A DNA stretch of 64,000 nt. It comes from Smithellaceae bacterium. GTDB taxonomy: Bacteria; Desulfobacterota; Syntrophia; Syntrophales; Smithellaceae. The notes beneath the pieces are model-generated. The model did no database searches. It was given only the letters and a program-made list of their open reading frames with translations, and had not been told where the DNA came from. Of the stretch, positions 40,840 to 51,263 are shown piece after piece. The stretch spans positions 992,001-1,056,000 of the forward strand of contig CAXXVL010000002.1 of assembly GCA_963667845.2 (NCBI GenBank), read 5' to 3'. A program made the position numbers and the translations under genes. Each line of letters starts with the position of its first letter. Position 1 is the first letter of the stretch.

Positions 40840-42867
40840 TTATCGGAATAGCTCTTCTTTTTCTTCGGGTACCTCTTCTTTTTCGGCGGGAAGAGCGTTA
40901 TCGAGAAAGCATTCATAGATTGTTCCCGGGCCTCCGCCTTGAGCCGGCCTGCCGGTCTTGTGATCGACTTTGACAAAAACGATGCCCTCCGGAACAGGAA
41001 AGGCTTCCACCGGTTTATTCTGCAGGACTTTTTCCATAAAGTAGAGCCAGATGGGTGCGGCGGCGCGTCCGCCAACTTCTTGTTTTCCCAGTGATTTTTC
41101 CTGATCGAACCCTACCCAGACGCCGGTAATCAGCGACGGCGTGAAGCCGATGAACCAGGCGTCGCGGATATCATTGGTTGTCCCCGTTTTACCGGCAACC
41201 GGCCGGCCGATGCTTTTCACCCTTCGGCCGGTACCGCTTTCGACGACGTCCTGCATGACATAAGATGTCATAAACGCTATGCGGGGATCAATGACCTGCT
41301 CCGTCTGTACTTTGGTCTCTTCAAAAACATTGCCGGTCCGGTCGACGATTTTGCGGATAAAGAAAGGAGTGACTTTCTTGCCCTGGTTGGCCAAGACGTC
41401 ATAGGCGCGCACCAGTTCCTGCAAGGTAACGCCCGATGATCCGAGTGCCAGGGACAAATTTCTGGACAGCGGAGATTCAATACCCATATTCGCCGCGTAA
41501 GACGTGGCGTAATCAATGCCGATGTCCTGCAATATCTTAACGGTCACAACATTGCGGGACTGCACCAGCGCAGTCCTCATCGTAATCGGCCCCAGGAATT
41601 TCTCATCGAAGTTTTTCGGTTTCCATAAGCCGTCTTCCTGCGACGGATCGGCGAAGACGACAGGGGAATCAACGAACCGTGTGGACGGATTCATGCCCTT
41701 ATCAAAGGCGGCCGTATAGATGAGAGGTTTAAAAGCAGAGCCCGGCTGGCGACGGGACTGCGTCGCCCGATTGAATTCACTCTTGTTGAAGTCCCGGCCT
41801 CCAACCATGGCGCGAATGGCACCGGTCTTAACCTCCATGCAATAGAGCGCGCCCTGAACGAGATCTTTTTCGTATTTACCCCGTTCCTCCATTTCCTTCA
41901 GGCCCTTGAGAAGGGCATCCCGGGCGGCCGTTTGCTCTGACAGATTCAGGGTCGTGTAAATGGTCAACCCCTCCTTGTAGAGAACATCCGCACCATATTT
42001 TTCCTGCACATAGCGGCGAACGTTTTCAACAAAATAGGCAGCCACTTTGTCCTTGGGCTTCATGGGGCGGAGTTTCAGCGGTTCAGCGGCAGCTTTGTCC
42101 ATTTGCTCCCTGGTGATAAAGCCTTCTTCCATCATACGCGTCAGAACGTATAACTGCCGTTGTTTCGCGCGGTCGAAATAGAGAAACGGAGAGTAGGTGG
42201 TGGGCGCTTTCGGTAAGCCGGCCAGGAGCGCAGCTTCCGGCAACGTCAGATCCTTGGCGCTTTTGCCGAAGTAGCCAATCGATGCCGACTCGATGCCGTA
42301 AGTACCGTGTCCGAGATAAATTTGATTCAGATACAAATTCAGAATTTCATCTTTGTTCAGATATTTGTCTATCCGGTAAGAAAGAATAGCTTCCTTGAAT
42401 TTTCGGATGTATTTTCTCTCCGGCGTCAAATACATCAGTTTGGCGACCTGCTGAGTAATTGTGCTTCCGCCCTGCACGATCTTGCCTGCTTCCACATTTT
42501 TGAACATGGCGCGGAAAATACTTTGCAGATCTACTCCCTGATGTTTATAAAAACGGGAATCCTCTGCGGCGACGAATGCGTGCTGAGCGATCTTCGGGAC
42601 ATCGGCTATTTTTACCATCTTCCTGTCTTCCAGAAAGAACTCGTCGACCAGTTCGTTATTTTCATCAAGCACGCGAGAAGCAATGCTGGGTCGGTAGTCT
42701 TTGAGTGCGTCGATTCCCGGCAGGTCCATCGTCATCAGATAGTAGGTAACGGTTCCGCCGACGGTTACCAGCAGCAGTAAGAATACGACAATAAACAAAA
42801 ATTTTAAAAGTTTAGATAATTTGATCGTTTCCCCGCGCGGTTCCACATTTTTTTTACGTTCAGACAT
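40840..42867 (-). CDS. Penicillin-binding protein 1A (transglycosylase-transpeptidase)
   Basis: EDSRFYKHQG, GGSTITQQ, RKFKE, RQPGSAFKP, SRN, GKTGT. Confidence 0.95.
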   Translation of the reverse strand: MSERKKNVEPRGETIKLSKLLKFLFIVVFLLLLVTVGGTVTYYLMTMDLPGIDALKDYRPSIASRVLDENNELVDEFFLEDRKMVKIADVPKIAQHAFVAAEDSRFYKHQGVDLQSIFRAMFKNVEAGKIVQGGSTITQQVAKLMYLTPERKYIRKFKEAILSYRIDKYLNKDEILNLYLNQIYLGHGTYGIESASIGYFGKSAKDLTLPEAALLAGLPKAPTTYSPFLYFDRAKQRQLYVLTRMMEEGFITREQMDKAAAEPLKLRPMKPKDKVAAYFVENVRRYVQEKYGADVLYKEGLTIYTTLNLSEQTAARDALLKGLKEMEERGKYEKDLVQGALYCMEVKTGAIRAMVGGRDFNKSEFNRATQSRRQPGSAFKPLIYTAAFDKGMNPSTRFVDSPVVFADPSQEDGLWKPKNFDEKFLGPITMRTALVQSRNVVTVKILQDIGIDYATSYAANMGIESPLSRNLSLALGSSGVTLQELVRAYDVLANQGKKVTPFFIRKIVDRTGNVFEETKVQTEQVIDPRIAFMTSYVMQDVVESGTGRRVKSIGRPVAGKTGTTNDIRDAWFIGFTPSLITGVWVGFDQEKSLGKQEVGGRAAAPIWLYFMEKVLQNKPVEAFPVPEGIVFVKVDHKTGRPAQGGGPGTIYECFLDNALPAEKEEVPEEKEELFR

Positions 42868-42869
42868 GA

Positions 42870-43643
42870 TTATACCTGTTGGTCTTGATCCTTTTCATTG
42901 GATTCGGGAACTTTCTCTTTTTTGCCGGCAAATTTCGCGACGAAAATACTCGCTTCGTAAAGAATCATCAAAGGAATGGCCATTAATATCTGGCTTAAAG
43001 CATCCGGAGAAGGCGTCAGAACTGCGGCCACAATGAATATGAGCAAGATGGCATATTTTCTGTTTTTGGAAAGCAGTTTGTCCGTGACAATGCCCAGTTT
43101 CGCCAGAAAGAAAATCAAGATCGGCAGCTGGAACGATACGCCGAAACCGAGCAAAAAAGTCACCAGAAAAGACAGATAGTCGCCAAATGAAATCATCGCC
43201 CGTAAATATTCGTTATTGAAACTGACGAAAAATTCAAAGGCCGGCGGCAAAACAACAAAATAGCCGAACAAAACGCCGCTTAAGAAAAGGACAGTTGACG
43301 ATAACACAAAAGGGACCACGTATTTCTTTTCCTGCGGAAGCAGCGCCGGCGAGATAAATTTCCATATCTGATAAAAAATGAAGGGGCTGGTGAGAATGAG
43401 CGAAGCGAAAAAAGCGATTTTCATATAGGTGAAAAAAGCTTGAGTCAAACCCGTGTAAATCAGATAACTGCTTTTCGGGAGCACCTGGGTTAATGGTTTT
43501 GTAATGACAGTGAACAACCAGTCCTTGAAGTAATAGCAGGCGATAAAACCAATGCCGAGCGCGATTAAAGAGTTGGTCAGCCTTTTGCGCAGTTCAATCA
43601 AATGTTCCGTTAAAGACATTTTAAGATCTTCGTTGTTTTCCAT
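42870..43643 (-). CDS. tatC: Twin-arginine translocase subunit TatC
   Basis: HLIELRKRL, YQIWKFISPAL, FQLP, LTPSPD. Confidence 0.96.
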   Translation of the reverse strand: MENNEDLKMSLTEHLIELRKRLTNSLIALGIGFIACYYFKDWLFTVITKPLTQVLPKSSYLIYTGLTQAFFTYMKIAFFASLILTSPFIFYQIWKFISPALLPQEKKYVVPFVLSSTVLFLSGVLFGYFVVLPPAFEFFVSFNNEYLRAMISFGDYLSFLVTFLLGFGVSFQLPILIFFLAKLGIVTDKLLSKNRKYAILLIFIVAAVLTPSPDALSQILMAIPLMILYEASIFVAKFAGKKEKVPESNEKDQDQQV

Positions 43644-43679
43644 TATATGCCGTTTTTATTGGTTTTCGAAATATAGACG

Positions 43680-43970
43680 TTATGTTGGTTTTTGGATGTT
43701 CCCGACGCCATTGCCGGATGTTTCGTCTTTCGCCTTTTCCGCTTCAGATTTTTTTAATAACAGGGAATCTTTCAGACCCTCATCGGCCTTGGGTTTATCA
43801 TCTTCCTTCAGGGCGTCTTTCAGATCCTCAGTGACGCCTTCTGTGGCATTCTTGAAATCTCTAAAACCTTTGCCCAGTGTTTTAGCCAGATCGGGCAGTT
43901 TCTTGGGTCCAACAATGAGCAATGCGATAATCGCAATGATAATGAGTTCCTGAAATCCGATACCAAACAT
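43680..43970 (-). CDS. Twin-arginine translocase TatA/TatB family subunit
   Basis: MFGIGFQELIII...GPKKLPDLAKTLGKG, upstream of tatC. Confidence 0.92.
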   Translation of the reverse strand: MFGIGFQELIIIAIIALLIVGPKKLPDLAKTLGKGFRDFKNATEGVTEDLKDALKEDDKPKADEGLKDSLLLKKSEAEKAKDETSGNGVGNIQKPT

Positions 43971-44143
43971 AGGAAAGTTTACCCCTTCAACGTTTAACTA
44001 CCTATATATCGAAAGTTATTTTTGTCAATGATTTTCGCTTGGGCGACTCGCGCATTTCCGGAGGGCCGACGCTGAATTCTTGTAAAGAAAAGTTACTTTT
44101 TTGTATCTTGACCTCATATCGGCCGTCCTGTACATATTATCGC

Positions 44144-44659
44144 ATGACTCTCGATGAACAAATAACCGAGATGATCCGGACGGGGTCCGGTAAGACTATA
44201 ATTGTGGCGCGTTACGGAATTGTTGCAGCGGCTGCGGGCTCAGTCTTGGCGGGAGTCTTAACCGGCAATCCGGTTTTCTATGGAATTGCTTTTGTTTTTG
44301 TAGTGATCGGATTTGTAATGTCGCGGGTAACCCCTCACATCCACAATGCCGCCAGAGGCTTGAAAGAAGGCCTGAAGCAGAGCGGTGCAGTCGTGATTGC
44401 GATTGACCACTGGACGGATGCTGAATCAAATCACTATGAATCCTATCGGGGGATTGTTTCCATTGATAACCGGCCGCTATGGCAGATGGAATTCGCAACT
44501 CCTCAGGATTGGCAGCCGATCGAAGGGACACATTCTGCGCAATTGGCTTTTATCCCCGGCATAGAATGGCCTGTTGCAGTTATCACCCCCGATGGCCTGT
44601 TATATCCGCGCCTGAAGCCTCGAGCCGCGACCGCCGTCATCACGGGATCATATCGCTAA
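44144..44659 (+). CDS. Hypothetical membrane protein
   Basis: Two N-terminal hydrophobic segments; fills the intergenic gap; start uncertain. Confidence 0.6.
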   Translation: MTLDEQITEMIRTGSGKTIIVARYGIVAAAAGSVLAGVLTGNPVFYGIAFVFVVIGFVMSRVTPHIHNAARGLKEGLKQSGAVVIAIDHWTDAESNHYESYRGIVSIDNRPLWQMEFATPQDWQPIEGTHSAQLAFIPGIEWPVAVITPDGLLYPRLKPRAATAVITGSYR

Positions 44660-44753
44660 GATTTTGATATAATATTAAACACTAATTTCGTGATTCCAGG
44701 CGGTGGTTCATTATTTCTTTTTTTGCGCAAAAGTTCATTGTCCCTTTTTTGTC

Positions 44754-44781
44754 TTGACAATATTATGACCATTAGTATAAC
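44754..44781 (+). promoter_or_regulatory. Putative sigma70 promoter of the 3-hydroxyacyl-CoA dehydrogenase gene
   Basis: TTGACA-N16-TATAAC. Confidence 0.5.
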
Positions 44782-44948
44782 GGAAGAACTCTGCTCATTG
44801 AATTTCCCTCAATATCCGGCTAATGTAAGGAAGGAAAGACAATAAATCTCTTTTCCAGCCGAAAATAGACCGCGACAAAGAGCGTTATAGGCCATCATGA
44901 AAAATGGCTCATTGAATAAAAATTATTAACTGAAAGTGAGGTAGAAAC

Positions 44949-45818
44949 ATGAAGATTGAAGATGTGAAAAATGTATGTGTAGTTGGCGCAGGCAACATGG
45001 GTCATCAGATTGCGCTCCAGTGCGCTATTTCCGGTTTCAAAACCGTCAGCACGGATGTCATTCCGGCCGTTCTCGAAAAGGCTGAGAAATTTGTTGATGG
45101 TTATCTGGCCGGTCGCGTGCAGAAAGGCAAAATGACGGAAGATGTGGCGAAGGCTGTTCGTGCAAGGATCTCCTTCACCGGCGATCTGAAAGTCGCTGCA
45201 AAAGACGCCGATGTGGTTATCGAAGCGGTTCTGGAAAGAATCGACCTGAAGCGGAAAATTTTTGCCGACCTGGACAAGATTGCACCGGCCAAGGCCATCC
45301 TGGCGACCAACAGCTCTTTCATCGTGAGTTCCAGAATTGCCAGTGCCACCAATCGTCCCTCCCAGGTTTGCAACCTCCATTTTTTCAATCCGGCCCTCGT
45401 GATGAAGCTGGTCGAAGTCGTTCAGGGACCCCATGTGTCGGATGAAACGGCAAAATGCATGATGGACTTCTGCCTGAAGATCGACAAAGTTCCTATCCAT
45501 ATCAAGAAGGAAGTGGATGGATTTGTTCTGAACCGGATCTTCAGTGTCATTTCGAGAGAAGCCCTCTGGATGCTGGAAATGGGCGTTGCTTCTTATGAAG
45601 ACATCGACAAAGCCTGTGTATACGGCGCCGGTCACCCCATGGGTCCCTTCCGCCTCAATGACCTGACGGGCATCGACCTGACTTACGATATCTGCATGAG
45701 CCATTTTTATGAGTCCGGCAATCCTGCGGATCTTCCGAGCCCCAGTGTCGTCAAGTTATACACCCAGGGCAAATTCGGCCAGAAGACCGGTGAAGGCTGG
45801 TACAGCTACAAGAAATAA
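44949..45818 (+). CDS. 3-hydroxyacyl-CoA (3-hydroxybutyryl-CoA) dehydrogenase
   Basis: VVGAGNMG, VIEAVLE, ATNSS, HFFNP, GHPMGPF. Confidence 0.93.
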   Translation: MKIEDVKNVCVVGAGNMGHQIALQCAISGFKTVSTDVIPAVLEKAEKFVDGYLAGRVQKGKMTEDVAKAVRARISFTGDLKVAAKDADVVIEAVLERIDLKRKIFADLDKIAPAKAILATNSSFIVSSRIASATNRPSQVCNLHFFNPALVMKLVEVVQGPHVSDETAKCMMDFCLKIDKVPIHIKKEVDGFVLNRIFSVISREALWMLEMGVASYEDIDKACVYGAGHPMGPFRLNDLTGIDLTYDICMSHFYESGNPADLPSPSVVKLYTQGKFGQKTGEGWYSYKK

Positions 45819-45870
45819 TTTTTTGACAACACGCCCATCGAGACTGTTTCGGTCTTTCGGGTGATGATAA

Positions 45871-45908
45871 AAGGACGCCTCGAAGTCGTATGATTTCGGG
45901 GCGTCTTT
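45871..45908 (+). terminator. Probable terminator hairpin
   Basis: AAGGACGCCTCGAAGTC-gtat-GATTTCGGGGCGTCTTT (GU pairs work on the + strand). Confidence 0.6.
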
Positions 45909-45911
45909 GCA

Positions 45912-46787
45912 ATGACTATGAACCCTGAGTCCAAATCAGCACTGATCGTGGAAGGCGGAGGTATGCGCGGTATCTTTGCCGCAGGCGTTCTCCATGCTTT
46001 CGGCAAAGCCGGATTCGATCCGTTTGACCTGTATATCGGCGTATCGGCAGGTGCCTGCCACCTGGCCTCGCATCTGGCGGGACAAAATGACCGCAACTTC
46101 GATATTACGCTGCGCTACTCCCTCCATCCTCAGTTTATTAATGTCGGCAGGTTCTTGACAGGCGGCCATCTGATGGATCTGGACTGGATGTGGGATCAGA
46201 CGATCAGGAATTACCGTCTGGACCTCAGGCATATTGATGGAAAACTACTTGGTCAGAATAAAGAATATCTGATTGTGGCTACCTCCATGGCAACCGGTGA
46301 AGCGCTTTATCTGTGCCCCGATGAAAACACACTGGAGCATTATTTAAAAGTCTCCAGTTCACTGCCCATTCTTTATCGCAATGTTCTGGATGTGGGCGGC
46401 GAGAAAGCCACCGATGGCGGTATAGCCGACTCCATTCCCGTGCGGGAAGCTTGTAAGCGCGGCGCCGAGAACATCACGGTAATCCGGTCGCGTCCGGCAA
46501 ACTACGTCAAAAAGAAAAGCTTGCTTGCGCAGATGATCTTCTCTTTGTACTTCCGCAATTACCCGAGATTGGTGGAATGCTTTCAGCAGCGTGCCGAAAA
46601 TTATAATGCTTCTGTTGATTTTATTCATCATCCCCCTGAAGGTGTCCGTATCTTAGAAATTGCACCGCCTGCTGATCTGAATGTCGGCAGAACCACCAGG
46701 GATGAAGCGCCTCTGCGGAAAGCATATGAAAGCGGTATTGCTCATGGAGCGGTATTTATGGATCAATATCCGAAAGCCATCTTCTGA
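45912..46787 (+). CDS. Patatin-like phospholipase family protein
   Basis: EGGGMRG, GVSAG, DGG. Confidence 0.92.
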   Translation: MTMNPESKSALIVEGGGMRGIFAAGVLHAFGKAGFDPFDLYIGVSAGACHLASHLAGQNDRNFDITLRYSLHPQFINVGRFLTGGHLMDLDWMWDQTIRNYRLDLRHIDGKLLGQNKEYLIVATSMATGEALYLCPDENTLEHYLKVSSSLPILYRNVLDVGGEKATDGGIADSIPVREACKRGAENITVIRSRPANYVKKKSLLAQMIFSLYFRNYPRLVECFQQRAENYNASVDFIHHPPEGVRILEIAPPADLNVGRTTRDEAPLRKAYESGIAHGAVFMDQYPKAIF

Positions 46788-47170
46788 TCTCAAATTTATC
46801 TAAATTTTTCTTGACATAACTTGCCGGAAGTTTATATAAAATTACTGTTACACTCATCTGCCTTCTAAAAAATTATTACATGTGTTCTTAACTATCCGTC
46901 GGAAGAGAGACGGTTGTTTTCTTCGCTGCATTGATCAGCACGGAGATTGAATTTGTATCTATTTTGTCATCGGGATGCCTGACAGGAGAAGATCGGCAAT
47001 ATGACCGTCGATAAGCGGTAACCACGACGGAATCTGCTTTCGATCCGCAAAGAGCTTTACTTCCTCTGAGTTTTTTCATGGATGAAAAAGTGTTTGATGA
47101 AGCGCGCCATCTGTTTTGCAGAAAATCGAGAAACAATAGTTGCGAATTCTATCATTGAAATGAGGGAAAA

Positions 47171-47527
47171 ATGAAAAAAAGCCGGCTAAATATGATCTTG
47201 CATATGTGTTTTGCTTTTATCATGTTGACGATGATTGTCGTAATTCTTGCCATAACCTCTGACAACGCAGAGCGGGCAGATTCTGCAGCGGCAAAGGTTC
47301 AGAAACGAACAGATTCGCCTCATGCTGAGCATCAGATCGTTCTCGACCGGCCGGGAGAGGTTCGGGGGAAGATTTTGTTGCCGGAACGGAAACAGCTGCA
47401 ATCCGGCTTTCCCATTAACGACCTTGCACAAAGAAGCGGCACAGACAACATACAGCAGTGCTCCCTTGCAGAATACCTTTATTTTTGCACAGTATGGATT
47501 GACCAAAAAGGTCTTCAGTCCCGATGA
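47171..47527 (+). CDS. Hypothetical protein with N-terminal TM/signal segment
   Basis: GAGGG RBS, MKKSRL followed by a hydrophobic stretch; no recognised domain. Confidence 0.45.
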   Translation: MKKSRLNMILHMCFAFIMLTMIVVILAITSDNAERADSAAAKVQKRTDSPHAEHQIVLDRPGEVRGKILLPERKQLQSGFPINDLAQRSGTDNIQQCSLAEYLYFCTVWIDQKGLQSR

Positions 47528-47777
47528 CTGCCAGCACCTAATCATAAGAAAGGCCCTGTCCATACTGAGCAGGTCCTTCACTATTTGGATTCCCTGTTGG
47601 GTGATCGCAAAAATGAGCAGTTTGGTCTTTTGGGGTAAGTACTCTGACGGATCGCGAAAGGATCACGGACGATCAGAAAGAAGATTAAAAATAGGCACCT
47701 TCATAGTTTGTCCGTTCTTGACCGGACAGGTCATTTGTGCCATCTAATAACCACTTGACGGGCGGGAACGGATATTC

Positions 47778-49040
47778 ATGGAAAAGAAACTGATTGTCAT
47801 TTTTCTGGGATTGTTTTGCGGGCGGATGGCGCTGCGCTATATCTTACAGCGGCTCAATATGAGAAACTTAGCTTTGCACGGCAAAGAAATTCCGCAAGTC
47901 TTTGCCGGCAGTATTGACGCCGGAATACTGAATAAGATGGTGGATTACGCTTCAGAGCAATCACGTTTGGAATCCAAAGAAAACATAACCAGTGATATTA
48001 TCGAACTCGCAACCTTATTTCTTCTTCTGCCTTCACTGATCATGTGGATTACCGGAATGCACGTGCATCTTATAGGGCAGGCGCTGCTCTTTTTTGCCGT
48101 CCTCGCATTAATCAGTGGCGCCGCCGGTTTGCCGTTTGATCTCTATCATACTTTTATCCTGGAAAAGAAATACGGTTTTTCAACCATTACCTGGAGGCTC
48201 TGGCTTGCCGATGTGGCTAAATCGATCATAATTTCGGCTATTTTAATGGCAATTATCATAAGTGCCGTAATCGGCTTTGTTATTCTTCTGCCCCTGAGCT
48301 GGTGGTTCTGGGGCTGGGTGTTTTTTACCATATTTCAGATCATGCTGTTGTGGCTATACCCGGTGCTGATCGCTCCGCTCTTCAATAAATTTGAACCGGT
48401 TCAGGATGAGGCGCTGACGGAAAAGATAACGACCATGCTGGCCAAGGCAGGCCTCCAGGCGCGGGGCATTTATCAGGTGGATGAAGGCAAGCGCTCCAGA
48501 CATACGAATGCCTATTTTACCGGAATCGGCAAATCGAAACGCATCGTTTTATTCGATACACTGCTTTCTTCTCATACTCACGATGAAGTCGTATCCATAC
48601 TGGCGCACGAAATCGGGCACTGGAAAGGAAAACATATTCTCAAACAACTAGCATTTATGATTATCACTTCGCTGCTACTCTTTTACATCATTTATCATGT
48701 TGTGAATTGGTCCCCCCTGTTCAATGCTTTCCGCATCAATCAAAGCCCTGTTTATGCCGGCTTCTTTCTGATCTCGCTGTATCTTGAGATGATCGGCTTC
48801 TATTTAAGTCCAATAGGAGTTGCCGTCACACGGCATTTTGAGCGCGAGGCGGATCGAACGGCTGTGCATTTGACAGGCGTCGTGCAACCGATGATCAACG
48901 CGCTTAAACGTCTAGCCAAAGATAATTTAAGCAATCTGCACCCTCATCCCTGGTATGTACGCTTCTATTATTCTCATCCGCCGCTCGTCGACCGCATTGA
49001 ATATTTACAATCAATGGACTATAATAGAGACAAAGACTAG
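47778..49040 (+). CDS. M48 family (Ste24-like) membrane zinc metallopeptidase
   Basis: NAYFTG, RIVLFDTL, HEIGH, EREAD, YSHPP. Confidence 0.94.
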   Translation: MEKKLIVIFLGLFCGRMALRYILQRLNMRNLALHGKEIPQVFAGSIDAGILNKMVDYASEQSRLESKENITSDIIELATLFLLLPSLIMWITGMHVHLIGQALLFFAVLALISGAAGLPFDLYHTFILEKKYGFSTITWRLWLADVAKSIIISAILMAIIISAVIGFVILLPLSWWFWGWVFFTIFQIMLLWLYPVLIAPLFNKFEPVQDEALTEKITTMLAKAGLQARGIYQVDEGKRSRHTNAYFTGIGKSKRIVLFDTLLSSHTHDEVVSILAHEIGHWKGKHILKQLAFMIITSLLLFYIIYHVVNWSPLFNAFRINQSPVYAGFFLISLYLEMIGFYLSPIGVAVTRHFEREADRTAVHLTGVVQPMINALKRLAKDNLSNLHPHPWYVRFYYSHPPLVDRIEYLQSMDYNRDKD

Positions 49041-49082
49041 GAGTGCAATTGGGCAAAACCATAAGTGTTCGGAGGATGAGGA

Positions 49083-50342
49083 ATGAAGAAGATTTCGACG
49101 AAGTGCGGTATTATAGCAGCCGCCATGTTCTTTCTGATGTCCGGTTCAGTTGCGGCTGCGGTCAGAATTTCCTCGCTGCCGGTGCCTCAGCCAACGGCAA
49201 AATTGCGAATCTTTGTCGTTGTGGTCACCACGGAATATAAATCCGCAAATCGCCCGGTTTCCTGGTGGGTATCACCGGAGGCATTTGAACAATGGAATAT
49301 GAAACTCATCAATAAAAAACTGCGGCAGCTGGGGTTTTATGAAGTTGTTAGTGCCTCCGATATCCAGGCTGTTCTGGGAGATCAATCGCTCTCCGCCCGT
49401 GAATGGACAGCAGGAGAGTGGAAACTGGCCAGGGATGCGGGCAAAGCGCTGCATGCCGATTATGTTTTGATTTTCGAGCGTAGCCAAAGAGTTCATCTGC
49501 AATTTGATGCAAAATTAATCAATTTGAATACGGGAAAACAATTTGAGGCTTCCGGCTATGTCCCATCCACAATGATGCGGCACATGACCAGGGGCCCAAA
49601 AATGCAAGCGGCGGGTGAAATTGTTCAAATACATTACCGTAAAATATTTCAGGAGGCTAAAAGCGACTTGCTTCAGACAGCCATTTTGAAAGGAAGATTG
49701 ACGGCTGAACAATCGACGCCGCCTCCTGCCCCGACGACCGGGAAATTTCAGAAACTACCGGACGGTTCCGAGGAGCAGGGTGTTCTAATGCCACCCAAAG
49801 AAAAAGCGGTAAAGGGTCTGTCCGCTCCTTTGCCGGTGAAAGCTGAAGCATCTGCTCCCGAAGAAGGTAAAAAGAACCAGTTGAAATTTGAAAGGGAATT
49901 GGGAAGCGCTCTTTCATCGAAAGATAAGAAGACAAACAGTCCACGTCTTGTTGTCTATGATTTTGATGCTGCCGATAGGATGAAAGTTGTTGGGCTGATC
50001 CTCACGGAAGCCCTTCGCGAAGAATTGTTCAATTTGGGCGACTTCGTACTGGTGAATCGGGAAAGTATTTTAAAAGTCATGGATGAATATAAACTGCAAC
50101 AGACGTCTCTGGTCGATGAAAAACAAGTTGTCGCTGTCGGTAAATGGCTGGCGGCTAACGAGGCGATAACGGGTAATCTGGCCATTATCGGCAATGTCAG
50201 TATCCTGCAGGCCAAACGGGTGGACATTAGAACTCTGGGTACAATGGCGCTGGGGTCTGTGAAGTGTTCAGCCGGTCGGGAAGATGAACTGCTGGACAAG
50301 ATACCGGAGTTGGCCCGGAAACTGACAAAATTGCCAAAATAG
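49083..50342 (+). CDS. Exported protein with two CsgG/TolB-N-like domains
   Basis: Signal peptide; two similar units (GKALHADYVL; GKWLAANEAITG) separated by a Pro-rich linker. Confidence 0.6.
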   Translation: MKKISTKCGIIAAAMFFLMSGSVAAAVRISSLPVPQPTAKLRIFVVVVTTEYKSANRPVSWWVSPEAFEQWNMKLINKKLRQLGFYEVVSASDIQAVLGDQSLSAREWTAGEWKLARDAGKALHADYVLIFERSQRVHLQFDAKLINLNTGKQFEASGYVPSTMMRHMTRGPKMQAAGEIVQIHYRKIFQEAKSDLLQTAILKGRLTAEQSTPPPAPTTGKFQKLPDGSEEQGVLMPPKEKAVKGLSAPLPVKAEASAPEEGKKNQLKFERELGSALSSKDKKTNSPRLVVYDFDAADRMKVVGLILTEALREELFNLGDFVLVNRESILKVMDEYKLQQTSLVDEKQVVAVGKWLAANEAITGNLAIIGNVSILQAKRVDIRTLGTMALGSVKCSAGREDELLDKIPELARKLTKLPK

Positions 50343-50362
50343 AATAGCCGCAGGCGAAATAA

Positions 50363-50644
50363 TCATTTTTTGAACAAGGCTTCGAGTTTGTCTTTGGGAT
50401 CAATAGGCACTGCCTTCGTCTCTTCGGATTCGTTTCGGAAATGGAAGAAATCGCAGAAGTTGGAGCGGCTCTTGTCAAGGACCCGCTCAGCCTGCACTTC
50501 GCGGCAATCATTGTATGCACCGCGCTCATAAAAGACGCAGTTGAGGCAGCTGTGAAGATCGCTTCCGCAGAAAGGGCACTGTTCCTGTCTGCCGACAAAT
50601 AGATCGGCGAGAATTTCTTTCTTGCAATGTCGGCAGGTATTCAT
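50363..50644 (-). CDS. Small Cys-rich (putative metal-binding) hypothetical protein
   Basis: CRHC, CPFC, HSCLNC, DCRE, NFCDFF. Confidence 0.75.
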   Translation of the reverse strand: MNTCRHCKKEILADLFVGRQEQCPFCGSDLHSCLNCVFYERGAYNDCREVQAERVLDKSRSNFCDFFHFRNESEETKAVPIDPKDKLEALFKK

Positions 50645-50786
50645 ATTGCAAAAATACAGACAATGCATATTTTTTGTCAAGTCACATTCGCATCCTTACT
50701 TGTGCCATAGGCTACTTCGTCTTTTAAACGTGAAATTGAGATTTGGATGTGATATGGCATGCATCATTACTCACCCGGAGGTCATT

Positions 50787-51263
50787 ATGGCGGATAAGTC
50801 GAAACTCGGCATGGAGTTCCCGCTTTATTCGATCAAAGTCGAAAAAAACAAGATTGCGGAATTTGCCGCAGCAGTTGCACAGAAGGACGACACGGATCAA
50901 ATCAAAGAAATTTATCGTGACGTTGATGTGGCAAAAAAAGCCGGTTACGAAAATATCCCGGTTCCTCCGACATTTCCCACAAGCTTTGTTTTTTGGACGG
51001 GCGGCGGCTTGCTGGGCACCGTCAATGCCGTAGGTGCGGATGTAAGCAAACTGCTGCACAGCGAAGAAGATTATGAATATTTCGCCCCAATTTGTGCGGG
51101 AGATGTTATTACCCGCAAAATGAAGGTAGTGGATATGTATGAGAGAGGCAAAAAGGAACGAAAAGGGTGGTATGTGCAAGTGACGACGCTGGAAACGGAA
51201 TTGATTAATCAAAGGGGAGAATTGGTCCTGAAGGCGCGTACGACATTCATGGAAAAAGGATGA
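50787..51263 (+). CDS. MaoC dehydratase N-terminal-like (HadA-like) hotdog protein
   Basis: GGAGG RBS; VEKNKIAEFA, PPTF, LLHSEEDYEY, INQRGE. Confidence 0.85.
   Translation: MADKSKLGMEFPLYSIKVEKNKIAEFAAAVAQKDDTDQIKEIYRDVDVAKKAGYENIPVPPTFPTSFVFWTGGGLLGTVNAVGADVSKLLHSEEDYEYFAPICAGDVITRKMKVVDMYERGKKERKGWYVQVTTLETELINQRGELVLKARTTFMEKG

Noticed and set aside
43999..44014. Single NrdR-like 16-mer (tacCtATATATcGaaa) upstream of tatA/B
   Set aside because: No partner box at about 31 bp; explained by an AT-rich -10 region.
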